From assembly GCA_964234715.1 (NCBI GenBank), contig OZ174277.1: DNA of 64,000 bases. One strand, given 5' to 3'. A model generated the notes under the pieces. It made no database searches. It saw only the letters and a program-made list of their open reading frames with translations, and was not told where the DNA came from. Made by a program: the position numbers and the translations under genes. This document shows, piece after piece, positions 62,567-64,000 of the stretch. How positions within the stretch are numbered: position 1 is the stretch's first letter; every line of letters starts with the position of its first letter. The stretch comes from Podarcis melisellensis (lineage: Eukaryota).

Positions 62567-64000
62567 TAAATTATGCCATGTATCATGTATGTATCTCATT
62601 CAATCAGTAGTCGCAGAAGAATGAGTGAACAACTTATATTGAGAAGTAACGTGCATGTTTTCTAGACTCGAGTGCTTGATCTGTGCTGGCTGTTTCACAC
62701 GTGCAAGCCATCACTTGTATATTCATTGCTTGGTGACAGCAACTTTGTGTGAACTTCCACTAAGTGATGACTTCTCATTTGCTGCTCTTTTATTGTGCTT
62801 TATCATTAGACACATTTTCCAGCCCAGTTTGTGCCAGGCCCATAATGAATGGGTTAGGTGACTAGTTCAGCTTGAGGGTAAATTGTACTTTCATACTAAA
62901 CAACTTGAGGTTTGTTTAGTATCACCTGTTGGACACTGCAGATGATATTTTAATATGGACAGGAAAAGAATGGTTTGCCACATGTGGAGTGATGTGAACT
63001 GGCCCCAACTGATGAGATTTCTTGTTTGAAATACCTAGATGGAATCAGCATTAAAGGACAATAGATAGCTAGAATAAAAAGTGCACTACTATAATGGACA
63101 TGCCTTGACCATATTATTTCCCTAATTTGCAGATTTATGCACAACTATATGTTTATTTCTTTGTTACTTTTGAAATGACAATCAAAAAGAGCTCTTTCCT
63201 GCATAACAAATGCAGTTTTTGAAGTTTTACAGACCAGTTCTTGTTTTTTAAAGTGCCTCTTTGTATAGTGTGCTTTGTTCTTGTGCAGTGTAATCTTACA
63301 TGTTTGCTCAGAAGTAAGACCGTAGTGGGACCTACTGCGAGGCAAGTGTGCCCAGGCTTAATTGCAGTCTTAAAGCTGATTCACTGCAAAAGTTCCTGTA
63401 CAAATACTTGTTTTCCCACATTTACACATTGCACATACTCAGTGAGAAGCCAATGCAATCAAAATAGCGAGAAGCAATCATCTTACCAATATGTGTACAA
63501 ATGGTGAAACTGCTGTGCATTCATTTGCCACACACAATCATGCAGGCTATCTGTATGTGGTTTTCCTATATGAAGTGATACCTGTTTAGGAAATTGGGGT
63601 GTGTCTGTGTATAGCTTACCTTTAAAGAGAGGATTGCAAATGATTTTCAGCCTATTTAAAGGGCTGTTGTCCAAAGGCTGTTTGAAGACCTTTAATTTTA
63701 ATATACTTGAAACCAGGCTCAAAGTAGAAAGTGCACATTTGATAACCTTTTTTCTAATTTATTTTATTTCAGTATTGTCCGCCGATGAGCAATATTTATT
63801 TGTTAGTATAAGCTTTTGTATATGTATATATGCTTTTTCTGTGTACTTACAGAGATGAGAGTTTGTAGTCCTGATATTGTTGGACTCTCATAAGCCCCAG
63901 CCATTATTGCCAGTGATCAAGAGTTAAAGTCCAGCAACTTCTGGAGGGCCACAGACTCCTCATCCTTAGTTTACTGTATCTTAAGACAATCACCTGGGGG

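Overview
Squamate reptile genomic DNA; the repeat landscape suggests a lacertid lizard (inference). The 3' part holds a complete 8-coding-exon Brachyury gene (TBXT, + strand, ATG 51582 to TAG 61900, about 435 aa) with a TCF/LEF, CCAAT and E-box promoter inside a ~9 kb CpG-retaining domain. Upstream, and largely invisible in the ORF track, I reconstructed a second + strand gene from splice signals and phase matching. It has 10 phase-compatible exons between 9541 and 34966 giving a 343-aa open frame, with the 5' end unresolved. Its position suggests it is the reptile counterpart of the poorly characterised mouse T2 ('Brachyury the second') locus. One of its donors is atypical (A|GCTGAGTAT). The intron after that donor holds a nested insertion: an intact-ORF SUB1/PC4 retrocopy with its own target-site duplication (TSD), inside a 5'-truncated L1 with a second TSD. 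The rest is LINE (L1, CR1, L2), SINE and MITE debris, long palindromes, microsatellites, candidate TBXT enhancers and two assembly gaps.
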